DNA from: Candidatus Ryanbacteria bacterium CG10_big_fil_rev_8_21_14_0_10_43_42 | GTDB taxonomy: Bacteria > Patescibacteriota > Minisyncoccia > Ryanbacterales > 2-02-FULL-48-12 | Direction: 5' to 3' | Assembly: GCA_002793915.1 (NCBI GenBank) | Contig: PFEF01000006.1 | Location: forward strand, 24,697-88,696 | Length of the DNA stretch: 64,000 bases | In this document: positions 28,914 to 39,278 of the stretch, piece after piece | Layout: every line of letters begins with the position of its first letter | Position numbering within the stretch: the stretch's first letter is position 1 | Notes under the pieces: generated by a model | Seen by the model: only the letters and a program-made list of their open reading frames with translations | Told to the model about the DNA's origin: nothing | Databases searched by the model: none | Program-made: the position numbers and the translations under genes

Positions 28914-30239
28914 ATGAAGCTTTTTTATGAAAAAACGGCGTTAATAGAAGATAGGGAGCTTTTGGAAACGGAAGGTTTGCTTACGGACTACGTAAATCAC
29001 ATGCGGTCCGTTATTTCCGCGGGAGAGTATGAAGCGCCGGAAGCATCAGTTAATTTGCCATCCGATGATAATCTTTTAGCAAATATTTTACGCATAAAAG
29101 AAAAAAAAGTATCTTCAGCACTTAAGTATATTGTAGTTATTGGTATTGGCGGCTCTAACTTGGGTACGCAAGCGGTATATAATGCAATGCGCGGATACGC
29201 GGATGCGCTTGAGCCGGATATCTATCCGAAAATATTTTTTGCGGATACAAACGATAACGAGTTCACAAAAAAACTGTGTGCTTTTTTGTGTTCACATATA
29301 ACCGATCCGGAGGAAGTTCTTGTTATTGCCGTCAGCAAATCGGGAGGCACAACTGAAACTATCGTCAATACCGAATTTTTTATGCAGAAATTAAAAACAG
29401 TGATTGTAAATGTGCGGGATCGTCTGGTGGTTATAACGGATTATAATTCAAAATGGTGGCAGGTTTTGGAAAAGGATACGGATATTACACGCTTGTCCAT
29501 TCCGCATATAGTGGGCGGGCGTTATTCGGTGTTTTCTGCCGTGGGATTATTTCCACTTGCGGCCGCCGGATTTGATATAAAAGCATTGCGAAAAGGTGCA
29601 TGTGATATGCGCACCCTATGCGCGGGAAATTCCATAGAAGAAAATTATGCCATGCAGTCGGCGGCGGTTTTATATGCAAGTGCCAAAAAGGGAAAAATAA
29701 TAAACGATAACTTCTTTTTTCATCCGGAATGCGAATCATTGGGAAAATGGTACCGGCAATTAATGGGAGAAAGTATTGGTAAAGAAAAAGACATTGACGG
29801 TGTTGTTGTGCATGCCGGTATAACTCCGACAGTTTCGCTGGGATCGGTTGATCTGCACTCTATGGCGCAATTATATTTAGGGGGACCGCGTGACAAAATA
29901 ACAACGTTTGTATGGAGCGACGTATCGGGGGTAAAAGCGCGTATACCCGAAAGAAAGGATATGTTGTTTCCTGAACTTGTGAAAGATATTTCAGGACGTA
30001 CGTTTGAGGAAATAATACATGCGATTCGGGAAGGAGTAAAAATTGCGTATCAAAAAAATAATTTACCGTTTATGGAAATTATTCTTTCGGAACTGTCGGA
30101 ATATGAACTGGGTATGTTTTTGCAGTTTAAGATGATGGAAATGATGTACCTTGGCAAGCTTATGCGGCTTAATGTTTTTGATCAACCGAACGTGGAAGCG
30201 TATAAAAAGGAGACAAAAAATATTCTTGAGACAAGTTAA
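28914..30239 (+). CDS. pgi: glucose-6-phosphate isomerase
   Basis: VVIGIGGSNLGTQAV and GGRYSVFSAVGL phosphoglucose isomerase motifs. Starts 1 nt after the gnd stop. Confidence 0.85.
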   Translation: MKLFYEKTALIEDRELLETEGLLTDYVNHMRSVISAGEYEAPEASVNLPSDDNLLANILRIKEKKVSSALKYIVVIGIGGSNLGTQAVYNAMRGYADALEPDIYPKIFFADTNDNEFTKKLCAFLCSHITDPEEVLVIAVSKSGGTTETIVNTEFFMQKLKTVIVNVRDRLVVITDYNSKWWQVLEKDTDITRLSIPHIVGGRYSVFSAVGLFPLAAAGFDIKALRKGACDMRTLCAGNSIEENYAMQSAAVLYASAKKGKIINDNFFFHPECESLGKWYRQLMGESIGKEKDIDGVVVHAGITPTVSLGSVDLHSMAQLYLGGPRDKITTFVWSDVSGVKARIPERKDMLFPELVKDISGRTFEEIIHAIREGVKIAYQKNNLPFMEIILSELSEYELGMFLQFKMMEMMYLGKLMRLNVFDQPNVEAYKKETKNILETS

Positions 30240-30250
30240 TAATCAATCAT

Positions 30251-31123
30251 ATGTATGTACTTTTTGATATCGGGGGGACGAAAATGCGCGTTGCTGTTTC
30301 TAAGGATGGCGAGACATTTTGCGAACCAAAAAAAATTCCCACGCCACATAATTTTGAGGAAGGCGTACGGGCGTTTGGAGAACTTGCTCATGAACTGGCG
30401 GGAGGTGCGAAAATTGAAGCGGCGGCGGGTGGCATTGCTGGTCCGTTGGATAAAAATCGCACCATGCTGGTAAATTCGCCTAATATTTCCGATTGGATAC
30501 AAAAACCACTTACGGAATCGTTGGCGCACAGCATTAACGCTCCGGTTTTTGTGGAAAATGATAATGCTATTGTGGGATTGGGAGAAGTTACGGCGGGCGC
30601 CGCAAAAGGGTGTGATATAGTGGCTTATGTGGGTGTGGGAACCGGTGTGGGAGGAACGCGTTATGTGGACGGTAGAATAGACAGAAGCGCGTTTGGGTTT
30701 GAAATAGGGCATCAAATCATAGATGCGGACGGTTCACTTACACATACCCCCGATGGAGATACACGATGTTTGGGATGCGGGCAGGTGGGACATTTGGAGG
30801 GTTATGTATCGGGGAGATCATTTGAAAACCGGTATGGAAAAAAGGCATATGATATTGATGACCCCGCTGTATGGGAGCAAGCGGCAAAATTACTTTCATA
30901 CGGATTATATAATACCATGGTGCATTGGTCTCCGGATGTTATATGTTTGGGGGGATCGATGATTATGGGAAATCCGGTTATCCCTATGGATCGCATAGAG
31001 TATTATTTACGTACTATTACAAAAATTTTCCCGACATTACCAAAATTAAAAAAAGCGGAATTAGGAGATGTGGGAGGGCTTTATGGTGCACTTGCTTTTT
31101 TGAAGCAAAAAATGGGGGAGTAA
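30251..31123 (+). CDS. ROK-family glucokinase
   Basis: MYVLFDIGGTKMRVAV ATP-binding N-terminus, ROK Cys/His motif (CLGCGQVGHLE). Confidence 0.8.
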   Translation: MYVLFDIGGTKMRVAVSKDGETFCEPKKIPTPHNFEEGVRAFGELAHELAGGAKIEAAAGGIAGPLDKNRTMLVNSPNISDWIQKPLTESLAHSINAPVFVENDNAIVGLGEVTAGAAKGCDIVAYVGVGTGVGGTRYVDGRIDRSAFGFEIGHQIIDADGSLTHTPDGDTRCLGCGQVGHLEGYVSGRSFENRYGKKAYDIDDPAVWEQAAKLLSYGLYNTMVHWSPDVICLGGSMIMGNPVIPMDRIEYYLRTITKIFPTLPKLKKAELGDVGGLYGALAFLKQKMGE

Positions 31124-31199
31124 TATTATATGAATTTTCTATGATTAAATACACAACGCCGTTTTATATATGACTTATAGTTTGCTATAATGAAAGCAT

Positions 31200-32735
31200 A
31201 TGTCAACGTATGCTATTCGTATTGGCGTTCTTGTAGTTATCCTTATAGGAGGAGGATATTGGTGGTTTTCACAAACCGCCGATCCGCAAATAACATCCGT
31301 AACGGCGGCGCGGCAGGATGTAGTGGAAGAAATAATCGTGACGGGGATTATCGTACCAAGTGACCGCATTCATTTAGCGTTCGAACAGGCCGGAAAAGTG
31401 GAGGATTTGTTTGCGGATGTGGGAGATGACGTTGTTGTCGGAGAGGCACTTGCAAGGCTGGGATCGGAAGAACTTACTGCGGGACTACAAGAAGCAGAGG
31501 CGGCCCTTGCGGTTGAGTCAGCAAAATTAGAACAATTAGAACGCGGAGCGCGTCCCGAAGAGATAGCAATACAAAAGGTAAAGGTGGCGAATGCCAAAAC
31601 AGCTCTTGATGACGCCACGGAGGATGTTCGACAAAAAATACGGGATGCATATACAAAACTTGATGATGTGGTGCGTAATAAAACCGACCAGTTTTTTGAA
31701 AATCCGGGAACAAATCCCGATTTTACTCTTTTGATAAGTAATTCTCAGCTTACGTCGGATCTTGAACAGATGCGATTTTCCATTGAAGATCTTTTAAGAA
31801 AATGGAATACATCCCTAAAAGACCTTAACCTATCTGCAGATGTAGAACTTTATATTACTGAAGCAAAAGCAAATATTATAACTATTCGTGTGTTTTTTGA
31901 TATGCTTGCTCCCGTAATTAGTGAATTAAAACCAGGAGGAAATCTTACTCAAGCGACAATAGACGGTTATCGAGCGGATATTTCAACAGCACGGGCGAAT
32001 ATAAATACGGCGGCCATTAACGTGGCCGCTGCCGAAAAAGATGAACGTGCAAAATCTTCCGCACTCACACTTGCAGAAAATGAATTACTTCTTCTTGAAG
32101 CTGGCAGTACAAAGGAGGATATCGCAGCACAGCGCGCCGCTGTGCAAAAAGCTTTTGCCACACGCGATGTAGCTGTGGCAAAGCGCGCTAAAGCAACGCT
32201 TCGGTCTCCCATTTCCGGCACAGTCAGTGCTGTAGATATTTCCCTCGGAGAAATTGTGAGTCCGAATACGCCGGTCATCTCGGTTATTACGGGGGAGATG
32301 CTTCATATTGAAGTTTCTATTCCGGAGGTTGATATTACAAATGTGTATGTGGGAGATATGGCTGATATTACCCTTGATGCATATGGAAATATTCCATTTA
32401 AGGCGCAGGTAAGCGCTATTGATCCGGCGGAGACAATTATAGAAGGCGTACCTACATATACGACAACACTTTATTTTCTCGAAAAAGATGACCGTATTCG
32501 TTCAGGCATGACGGCAAATATTACCATTGTAACCAATCGTCGAACGGGAGTTATTGCCGTTCCGGGGCGAGCCGTTGTAACAAAAGATGGACGACATACG
32601 GTACGTTTTTTGGAAGAGAACGGAACGATACGGGAAGGTGATGTTGTAACGGGTATTCGCGGGTCGGATGGAAGCGTGGAAATTATTTCAGGTGTAGAGG
32701 AAGGGGATAGGGTTGTAATTTTTATTGAAGAATAG
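31200..32735 (+). CDS. efflux periplasmic adaptor (HlyD/MacA-like membrane fusion protein)
   Basis: N-terminal TM, long coiled coil, biotinyl/lipoyl-like and beta-barrel C-terminus. Followed by the MacB-like ATPase and permease. Confidence 0.75.
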   Translation: MSTYAIRIGVLVVILIGGGYWWFSQTADPQITSVTAARQDVVEEIIVTGIIVPSDRIHLAFEQAGKVEDLFADVGDDVVVGEALARLGSEELTAGLQEAEAALAVESAKLEQLERGARPEEIAIQKVKVANAKTALDDATEDVRQKIRDAYTKLDDVVRNKTDQFFENPGTNPDFTLLISNSQLTSDLEQMRFSIEDLLRKWNTSLKDLNLSADVELYITEAKANIITIRVFFDMLAPVISELKPGGNLTQATIDGYRADISTARANINTAAINVAAAEKDERAKSSALTLAENELLLLEAGSTKEDIAAQRAAVQKAFATRDVAVAKRAKATLRSPISGTVSAVDISLGEIVSPNTPVISVITGEMLHIEVSIPEVDITNVYVGDMADITLDAYGNIPFKAQVSAIDPAETIIEGVPTYTTTLYFLEKDDRIRSGMTANITIVTNRRTGVIAVPGRAVVTKDGRHTVRFLEENGTIREGDVVTGIRGSDGSVEIISGVEEGDRVVIFIEE

Positions 32736-32737
32736 CC

Positions 32738-33421
32738 ATGGCCCTTATCTCGGTAAAAAATTTAAAAAAAACATATTCTAGTGAAGATATTGTAACACAT
32801 GTTTTGAATGGCATGTCGTTTTCCATTGAAAACGGAGAATTTATCGCCATCATGGGTCCGTCCGGATCCGGAAAATCAACACTTCTTCATATCTTGGGAT
32901 TTTTAGACGTACCTACGAGCGGGGAATACACATTTGAAGGGCGGGAGATTTCGAGCTACACGGAGGAAGAACGCGCGCGCCTGCGCAATAGTCAGATGGG
33001 GTTTATATTTCAATCCTTTAATTTATTAGCGCGGACCAGCGTTTTTGATAATGTAGCGTTGCCGCTTATGTATTCGGATAAGCCGGAGGCAGAGTGGCAC
33101 AAAAAGGCGTTCGAGGCAATTTCCGCCGTTGATCTGAATCATCGCATGGAGCACGATCCGGGACAGCTTTCGGGGGGAGAAAAGCAACGCGTCGCCATAG
33201 CGCGCGCATTGGTAAATGATCCGCAGGTGTTGTTTGCCGATGAACCGACCGGTAATCTCGACTCTGTTTCGGGGAAGAATGTTATGGATATTTTGGCCGA
33301 TTTACATAAGAAGAAGGGACACACCATTATTCTTATTACGCACGATAATGATGCGGCGGCATATGCAAAACGCATTATTCGGATTAGCGATGGAGTTATT
33401 GAAAGTGATTCAAAAAAATGA
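32738..33421 (+). CDS. ABC transporter ATP-binding protein (MacB/LolD-like)
   Basis: GPSGSGKSTLL, LSGGEKQRVAIARAL, LFADEPTGNLD. Confidence 0.9.
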   Translation: MALISVKNLKKTYSSEDIVTHVLNGMSFSIENGEFIAIMGPSGSGKSTLLHILGFLDVPTSGEYTFEGREISSYTEEERARLRNSQMGFIFQSFNLLARTSVFDNVALPLMYSDKPEAEWHKKAFEAISAVDLNHRMEHDPGQLSGGEKQRVAIARALVNDPQVLFADEPTGNLDSVSGKNVMDILADLHKKKGHTIILITHDNDAAAYAKRIIRISDGVIESDSKK

Positions 33422-34662
33422 AATCAAAATATATTCTTCAAACGGCCGTCATAGGCCTTAAAACAAATAAGTCACGTTCAGCGCTTACCATTCTTGGTAT
33501 TGTTATTGGCATAACATCCATTATTCTAATGGTTTCCATAGGCGATGGTGCCGAACAGCTTATTTTAGGTGAAATTGCCGGTTTGGGAGCGGAAACTATT
33601 GTTGTGCGTCCGGGTCGTGAACCATCGGGCCCCACCGACTTAACAGAAACGCTTTTTTCCGATTCGCTCAAGGAGCGGGACGTCACGGCGCTTCTCCGAA
33701 AAGAAAATGTCCCTGATTTGGTTGATATTATGCCGGTGTTGGCCGTTCCGGGAACGATATCGTTCGAAGGGGAGACGTACCGCGGACAGATTCTTGGCGG
33801 TTCAGCTGAATTTTTTGCAAAAACATTTGATATCTATCCATTCGAAGGCGTGGTATTTGATGAACAGGATATTCGTACTCGCGCCAGTGTTGCCGTTATT
33901 GGCAGTAAAGTACGGAATGAATTTTTTGGCGATGGAGATGCGCTCGGTAAGCAAATTTCCATTCGCGGAAGGAAGTTTCGGGTGGTAGGTATATTTCCGG
34001 CAAAAGGACAGGTTGCGTTTTTAAATATCAATGACATGGTTGTTGTTCCGTATACAACGGCGCAGACATATCTTTTGGGAATTAATCATTTTCATGAATT
34101 TATCATAAAAACGACAAATCCGGATGCTGTGGCACATTCCGTAGAAGATATTGAACGTACACTGCGTATCTCTCATAACATTACCGATCCGGATAAAGAT
34201 GATTTTTATGTGGAAACTCAACAGGGACTGGTAGAACAAATAGGAACTATTCTTGGTGCGCTCACTATTTTCTTGTCTTCCGTGGTGGCGATTGCCCTGG
34301 TAGTGGGCGGTGTGGGAGTCATGAATATTATGCTCGTATCCGTTACGGAACGTACGCGCGAAATCGGACTTCGAAAAGCTTTGGGCGCCACGAATGAAGA
34401 CATTCTACGCCAATTTCTTTTGGAAGCCATTATTCTAACCGGTATAGGAGGATTAGTAGGTATTTTTCTGGGAGCATTTTTTGCGTTTCTTGCTTCCGTT
34501 GTTCTCACTACATATGCGGAACTTGCTTGGGCGTTTACGTTTTCTGTCCCGGCGGCCTTGCTCGGACTAAGCGTATCTGCTCTTGTTGGTTTAGTGTTTG
34601 GTATTTATCCTGCTCGTAAAGCGGCGCGCAAAAGCCCGATTGAGGCGTTGCGGTATGAGTAG
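33418..34662 (+). CDS. ABC transporter permease (FtsX/MacB-type with periplasmic domain)
   Basis: N-terminal TM, large periplasmic domain, 3 C-terminal TM with the FtsX-like GIYPARKAA motif. 4-nt overlap with the ATPase gene. Confidence 0.85.
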   Translation: MKSKYILQTAVIGLKTNKSRSALTILGIVIGITSIILMVSIGDGAEQLILGEIAGLGAETIVVRPGREPSGPTDLTETLFSDSLKERDVTALLRKENVPDLVDIMPVLAVPGTISFEGETYRGQILGGSAEFFAKTFDIYPFEGVVFDEQDIRTRASVAVIGSKVRNEFFGDGDALGKQISIRGRKFRVVGIFPAKGQVAFLNINDMVVVPYTTAQTYLLGINHFHEFIIKTTNPDAVAHSVEDIERTLRISHNITDPDKDDFYVETQQGLVEQIGTILGALTIFLSSVVAIALVVGGVGVMNIMLVSVTERTREIGLRKALGATNEDILRQFLLEAIILTGIGGLVGIFLGAFFAFLASVVLTTYAELAWAFTFSVPAALLGLSVSALVGLVFGIYPARKAARKSPIEALRYE

Positions 34663-34740
34663 ATGTTCTAAAAGAGGAGTAGTGCATTTACAATAAGATA
34701 AAGATTTCTTAGGGTAAAGAAAACAGAAAGGAGGCGCTTT

Positions 34741-35634
34741 ATGAGAATAGCGTCCATTGAGCATCTTGAAAAACAACTGGGCCGTAAATTGTATTACAAA
34801 AACATTGTTGCTATCGGCGCTATTCATTTTATGTCATTGATTGGCATAGTGTGGGGAGTGTATTTTGGATTTACGGCGTTTCATTGGATTCTTGCCTTTG
34901 TTATGTATGGCGTTCAGGGATTTGGTACTACGCTTGCGTACCATCGTTTCTTTACGCATAATTCGTTTAAGTGTTCGAGTAAATATGTTGCTCGTATACT
35001 TGCCTTTATGGGAGGAATGACGGGGCAAGATGCTTGGGGGTGGGTGCGGACACATCGGACGCATCATTTATATACTGATACGCCGCGCGATCCTCATTCA
35101 CCGGTACAAAGCGGATTTTTTTGGGCCCATGTCGGGTGGCTTCTTGTTCATTTGGATATACCGGATGATGTAAAAACGGACGATCTCGACAAAAATGAAA
35201 CGATACAATGGGAGCGTAAATGGCACAATAATATTCTTATAGGTAGTTTTGTGTTCGTTCTTATTGTTTCGGGTCTGGAAGGGTTATTCCGAGACGGGTC
35301 GTTTATGTCAGTTTTAGAGGGAGGAATCGGCGGTCTTCTTCTTGCCGGATTTATCCGATTTACCGTAGTACTGCAAGTTACCTGGTGTGTGAATTCCGTG
35401 TGTCACTTGTGGGGATCGCAGATGCCGGAAACAGCACCGGGAGATACCAGTAGAAATAATGGCATTGTTGGGCTTTTGGCTCTTGGTGAAGGATGGCATA
35501 ACTGGCACCATATAGCCCAGCATCTCGCGCGGCAAGGGCGATTCTGGTGGCAGATAGACCTCACCTGGTATCTCATTTGTCTCGGGGAATGGATGGGTAT
35601 TTTTACGGATGTAAAACGTCCGAAACCTTTATAG
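34741..35634 (+). CDS. acyl-CoA/acyl-lipid desaturase (delta-9-type, membrane-bound)
   Basis: Three His boxes: HRFFTH, HRTHH, HNWHH. SD aaaggaggcgctttATG. Confidence 0.85.
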   Translation: MRIASIEHLEKQLGRKLYYKNIVAIGAIHFMSLIGIVWGVYFGFTAFHWILAFVMYGVQGFGTTLAYHRFFTHNSFKCSSKYVARILAFMGGMTGQDAWGWVRTHRTHHLYTDTPRDPHSPVQSGFFWAHVGWLLVHLDIPDDVKTDDLDKNETIQWERKWHNNILIGSFVFVLIVSGLEGLFRDGSFMSVLEGGIGGLLLAGFIRFTVVLQVTWCVNSVCHLWGSQMPETAPGDTSRNNGIVGLLALGEGWHNWHHIAQHLARQGRFWWQIDLTWYLICLGEWMGIFTDVKRPKPL

Positions 35635-35741
35635 CGGTTCCGTTAATGGAGTCGTTTTTTTATTAAAGGGATGATATGATACATATGTTCGTGGATACTA
35701 ATGTATCAGCGAAGGTTCTGTTATAAAATAATAGATTTATT

Positions 35742-36536
35742 ATGGATATACGAATTAAAAATGCTTTAGGTATTGTGGGTATTGCAGCTCTTTCCATTAT
35801 CACCATTGCGGTTGCTGTCGGCGCGTATGTTATTTCCCAGGTGAATGATCCGACGGAACGACGTACATTTTCTGTATCAGCAGAGGGAAAGGCAATAGCT
35901 GTACCGGATGTGGCACAGTTTACATTTCAGGTTATTACGGAAGGCGGGCTTGATATAGCGGAGCTTCAGCAGACAAATGTACAGAAAGTAAACGGGGCAA
36001 TTGCGTTTATAAAAGAAAAAGGAGTTGAAGAAAAAGATATAAAAACACAGAGCTTTAATGTGGAGCCGCGATATCAGTATGTTAATTGTTCATCGCTTCG
36101 CACTATTGGGGAACCATGTCCGCCGGCTGAAATTGTGGGACACACCATACGCCAGGTTATTTCGGTTAAGGTGCGTAATTTTGAAGCGGTAGGAACACTC
36201 CTTTCCGGCGTTGTTCAGAATGGCGCTAATTCGGTGTCACAACTTTCTTTTACCGTAGATGATCCGGAAGCGGTAGAAAATGAAGCACGTGCGGATGCTG
36301 TTGCGAAGGCGAAACGAAAAGCGGAAGAGGTGGCAAACGCCGGAGATTTTCGTATCGGTAAACTTATTTCTATTAATGAAGGGGGAGGTGTTCAGCCGTT
36401 TCGCTCTTATTATGCGGAAGATTCCGCTGTGCTCGGTGTCGGGGGTGGTACGAGTGCGCCCGTGCCGGCACCCAGTATTGAACCGGGCTCGCAGGATATT
36501 ATTATTTACGTGACATTGGTATACGAGATTAAATAG
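35742..36536 (+). CDS. SIMPL (DUF541)-domain secreted/periplasmic protein
   Basis: N-terminal signal anchor, then a SIMPL-like pattern (SVSAEGKA...FQV). C-terminal Gly-rich tail. Confidence 0.55.
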   Translation: MDIRIKNALGIVGIAALSIITIAVAVGAYVISQVNDPTERRTFSVSAEGKAIAVPDVAQFTFQVITEGGLDIAELQQTNVQKVNGAIAFIKEKGVEEKDIKTQSFNVEPRYQYVNCSSLRTIGEPCPPAEIVGHTIRQVISVKVRNFEAVGTLLSGVVQNGANSVSQLSFTVDDPEAVENEARADAVAKAKRKAEEVANAGDFRIGKLISINEGGGVQPFRSYYAEDSAVLGVGGGTSAPVPAPSIEPGSQDIIIYVTLVYEIK

Positions 36537-36562
36537 GGTAAAGTTTATGACGCGTGTAATAC

Positions 36563-36595
36563 AAAGGACTCCTGTTTCGACAAGAGTCCTTTATT
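36563..36595 (+). terminator. rho-independent terminator after the SIMPL gene
   Basis: aaaggactcctgtttcgacaagagtcctttatt. Confidence 0.65.
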
Positions 36596-36654
36596 GACAG
36601 AAATAGGATCATATCTGTACAATGGGAAATTAGTACATAGAAGAGGAGGTTTGT

Positions 36655-37014
36655 ATGGCATCCACTTTGGTTGTGAGCAATGCTCATAGGAATTTTGTAC
36701 CGAAGGGACAGTGCTTGGATAACGGTACCTTGCTTTGGATGAATATCGGTGCCTTGCAGGAAGATGTGAAGAGAGAGCTTCCGAAATATATTGCGCTTAA
36801 GCTTATTTCCTTAAATGGTATCAGGCCGGGTGCTAATCAGATCAAATTGGAGTTTGATCCGTCGGTTACGCCGAAAGAAGAGCGAATAGTTCGGCGTACG
36901 CTCTGTTGTTTACCCAAAGAACATACAAATGGAGGTGAGTTGTCCCATAAAAGCAGTGCTAATAGAAAATTTTCCAAAGAGCCTTGTGTAAAGCGGTCGC
37001 CACGACCTCGATAG
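36655..37014 (+). CDS. hypothetical protein (119 aa)
   Basis: SD agaagaggaggtttgtATG; terminator at 37020-37046. No family recognised. Confidence 0.45.
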   Translation: MASTLVVSNAHRNFVPKGQCLDNGTLLWMNIGALQEDVKRELPKYIALKLISLNGIRPGANQIKLEFDPSVTPKEERIVRRTLCCLPKEHTNGGELSHKSSANRKFSKEPCVKRSPRPR

Positions 37015-37019
37015 TATGC

Positions 37020-37046
37020 ATTACCCGGTAACGGGTATTTTTTTTT
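37020..37046 (+). terminator. rho-independent terminator
   Basis: tacccggtaacgggta + ttttttttt. Confidence 0.75.
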
Positions 37047-37086
37047 ATAGCTTTATTGTTTTTTGAGAAAAAGATATTATTGTCGT

Positions 37087-38013
37087 ATGGATAAAAAGAA
37101 AACATACGATGCTGGTATTGGCTGGGTGAGTTCGGTGGAGAATGTGTTCCTTTCATTTTTAAAAAAAGAATTACGAAAGAAAAAATATTCATTTGATGAA
37201 GTCACTTATGAAAACCTACGTCATCGATATGATGACATTAAAAACGACCGATACGCATATCGTGTTTTTATAGATCGCGCCTCATTTGATCACCCGGCAT
37301 ATTTTCTATTTGCCGATCTTGTACAAAAGAAAGGTGCGTATGTAGTTAATAATCCGGATGCGGTAATTGCGTGGGGAAGTAAGACGGCATTATACGGCGC
37401 TTTATGTAATGCCGGGCTTCCACTGCCAAGGGTATTCCTTCTTCCTGCGCGTCCACCGGCAAAAAAAGAACTTATTCACATACCGAAAGCATTGGGCGTG
37501 CCGTTTATTTTGAAGCCGGCGTATGGCGGTTTGGTGGATGATGTTCTTCTTCGTGCCCGTACGGTTGATGATATTATTACATTTATGGAGGATAACGGTA
37601 CGGATGAAACCCTTGCACAGGAGTATGTTGTACCAACGGTAGTAAGAAAGAAGACAGCATGGTTTAGACCGCTTTATGTATGTGGGGAAGTTATTCCTCT
37701 GTGGTGGGATCCGCTTTCCCATTTTTATCAACCATTTGGACGTTCGGCGGAAGAGCGTGATATTGCAAAAGATTTGAAGAATATGCTTTGTCGCATTCAT
37801 GATATTACTGGTCTTGATTTGTTTACAACGGAAGTTGCTATAGATGAGGGGGGTGAGTATAAAATTATTGATTATGCAAATCACCCAATCGATTTAAATT
37901 CACAAGAGAACGCATCCGATGCACTGCCGGAAGATATTTTGGAAGATGTGGCGCGTTGTATTGCGGTATATATCGGAAAAATTAAGGCACACGGGAATGT
38001 CATACGAGAATAA
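37087..38013 (+). CDS. ATP-grasp fold protein (RimK/glutathione-synthetase-like ligase)
   Basis: ATP-grasp signatures (KPAYGGLVDDV, EYVVPTV..., DLFTTEVAIDEGGEYKIIDYAN). ORF-track start 37063 is a TTG; first ATG is 37087. Confidence 0.65.
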   Translation: MDKKKTYDAGIGWVSSVENVFLSFLKKELRKKKYSFDEVTYENLRHRYDDIKNDRYAYRVFIDRASFDHPAYFLFADLVQKKGAYVVNNPDAVIAWGSKTALYGALCNAGLPLPRVFLLPARPPAKKELIHIPKALGVPFILKPAYGGLVDDVLLRARTVDDIITFMEDNGTDETLAQEYVVPTVVRKKTAWFRPLYVCGEVIPLWWDPLSHFYQPFGRSAEERDIAKDLKNMLCRIHDITGLDLFTTEVAIDEGGEYKIIDYANHPIDLNSQENASDALPEDILEDVARCIAVYIGKIKAHGNVIRE

Positions 38014-38114
38014 TTTTCGTGATGTAAGAAAAAGGTAATGGGGAAGATGTTATTAACAGTTTAGTATTTTTTTAATACTGGCGTTTGTATGTTCTTATCC
38101 GTATACTTAACCGT

Positions 38115-38432
38115 ATGGAAAGTATTGTAAAAGCTGATATATTCTTTTTTGTAACCACCATCGCGCTTGTTCTCTTTTCTGTTGCGTTTTTAATACTACT
38201 TTACTATATCATTCGTATAATAAGGAATGCGGCATATATTTCCCGTCTTATTGTATCTGAAACGGAGCAAATTAAGAGTGATGTTAGCGAGGCGCGTGCG
38301 TATGTACGGGAGGAGGCCGTTAAGATGGGCTATTTCATAGGGTTTATAAAAGCGCTTATGAAAGAACCGAAGACAGCTTTGGCGGCAAAGAAGAAACGAG
38401 CAACCAAACCAAAAAAAGACTCGGTAGAGTAG
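38115..38432 (+). CDS. small membrane-anchored coiled-coil protein
   Basis: One N-terminal TM (FFFVTTIALVLFSVAFLILLYYII), then charged helical region and Lys-rich tail. Start uncertain (38085 or 38115). Confidence 0.45.
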   Translation: MESIVKADIFFFVTTIALVLFSVAFLILLYYIIRIIRNAAYISRLIVSETEQIKSDVSEARAYVREEAVKMGYFIGFIKALMKEPKTALAAKKKRATKPKKDSVE

Positions 38433-38484
38433 GTGTTGTAATGGAATATATAAATTTTATACGATAATCTAATTTCATAGATAT

Positions 38485-38853
38485 ATGGCTAAAAAATCAA
38501 CAACTGAAGGAGTGGGAATCGGGCTTGCGGCATTAGCGGCCGCCGCGGCTGGTGCATATTTTTTGTACGGAAAGAATGGTGTGAAAAATAGAAAAAAAGT
38601 AAAAAGTTGGATGTTTAAGATGCGTGCCGAGGTGCAGGACAATATAGAAAAAATGCAGGACGTAAGTAAAGAATCGTACAACAGAGTGGTGGATGAAACG
38701 GCTCGTCATTATAGCGCATTAAAGCAGGTGGATCGAAAAGAACTGGATCAGATGGTACGGGAATTAAAAGGACACTGGAAGAGTATTTCATCTCAAGTGA
38801 TGAAAAACATAAAAACGGTAAAACCTGCAAAAAAGAAAACTGCGAAGAAATAA
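38485..38853 (+). CDS. YtxH-like stress protein (Gly-zipper TM plus coiled coil)
   Basis: GVGIGLAALAAAAAGAYFLYG N-terminal Gly-zipper helix then helical region. Strong terminator follows. Confidence 0.6.
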   Translation: MAKKSTTEGVGIGLAALAAAAAGAYFLYGKNGVKNRKKVKSWMFKMRAEVQDNIEKMQDVSKESYNRVVDETARHYSALKQVDRKELDQMVRELKGHWKSISSQVMKNIKTVKPAKKKTAKK

Positions 38854-38860
38854 GCATACC

Positions 38861-38892
38861 AAAAAACTACTGCGGAAAGCAGTAGTTTTTTT
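38861..38892 (+). terminator. rho-independent terminator after the YtxH-like gene
   Basis: aaaaaactactgcggaaagcagtagttttttt. Confidence 0.8.
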
Positions 38893-38909
38893 GGTATTAT
38901 GGTAAGCTT

Positions 38910-39242
38910 ATGCGTAATCTGGATTCGTTGTCGCAGATGGTTTATACTGTTCTTATGGAAAATAATCAGCAAAAGCTCAATATAAAAGCGGCAGACAGGG
39001 ATCTAAAGGGGCGAAGCGCCAATAATGCCATGATATCGCATACAAAAGAAGAGTTCGTACTGGATTTTATTAATATGCTCCCGCCTCATCCATTGCTCGT
39101 ATCACGTATAATCATAAGTCCGGGACATGCAAAGCGCTTTCACCGTGCTCTTACAGAACAGATAGAGCGTTATGAGGGATCATTTGGAAAACTGGAAGAC
39201 GGAGAACATAATAAACCCAATATCGGTTTTCAGAATAATTAA
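38910..39242 (+). CDS. hypothetical protein (DUF3467-like impression)
   Basis: 110 aa with an ISPGHAKRFHRALTEQIERYEGSFG segment. Bidirectional terminator downstream. Confidence 0.4.
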   Translation: MRNLDSLSQMVYTVLMENNQQKLNIKAADRDLKGRSANNAMISHTKEEFVLDFINMLPPHPLLVSRIIISPGHAKRFHRALTEQIERYEGSFGKLEDGEHNKPNIGFQNN

Positions 39243-39244
39243 AT

Positions 39245-39276
39245 AAAAAACCGGAAATGTTGTTTCCGGTTTTTTA
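39245..39276. terminator. bidirectional terminator between convergent genes
   Basis: aaaaaaccggaaatgttgtttccggtttttt. Confidence 0.75.
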
Positions 39277-39278
39277 TT

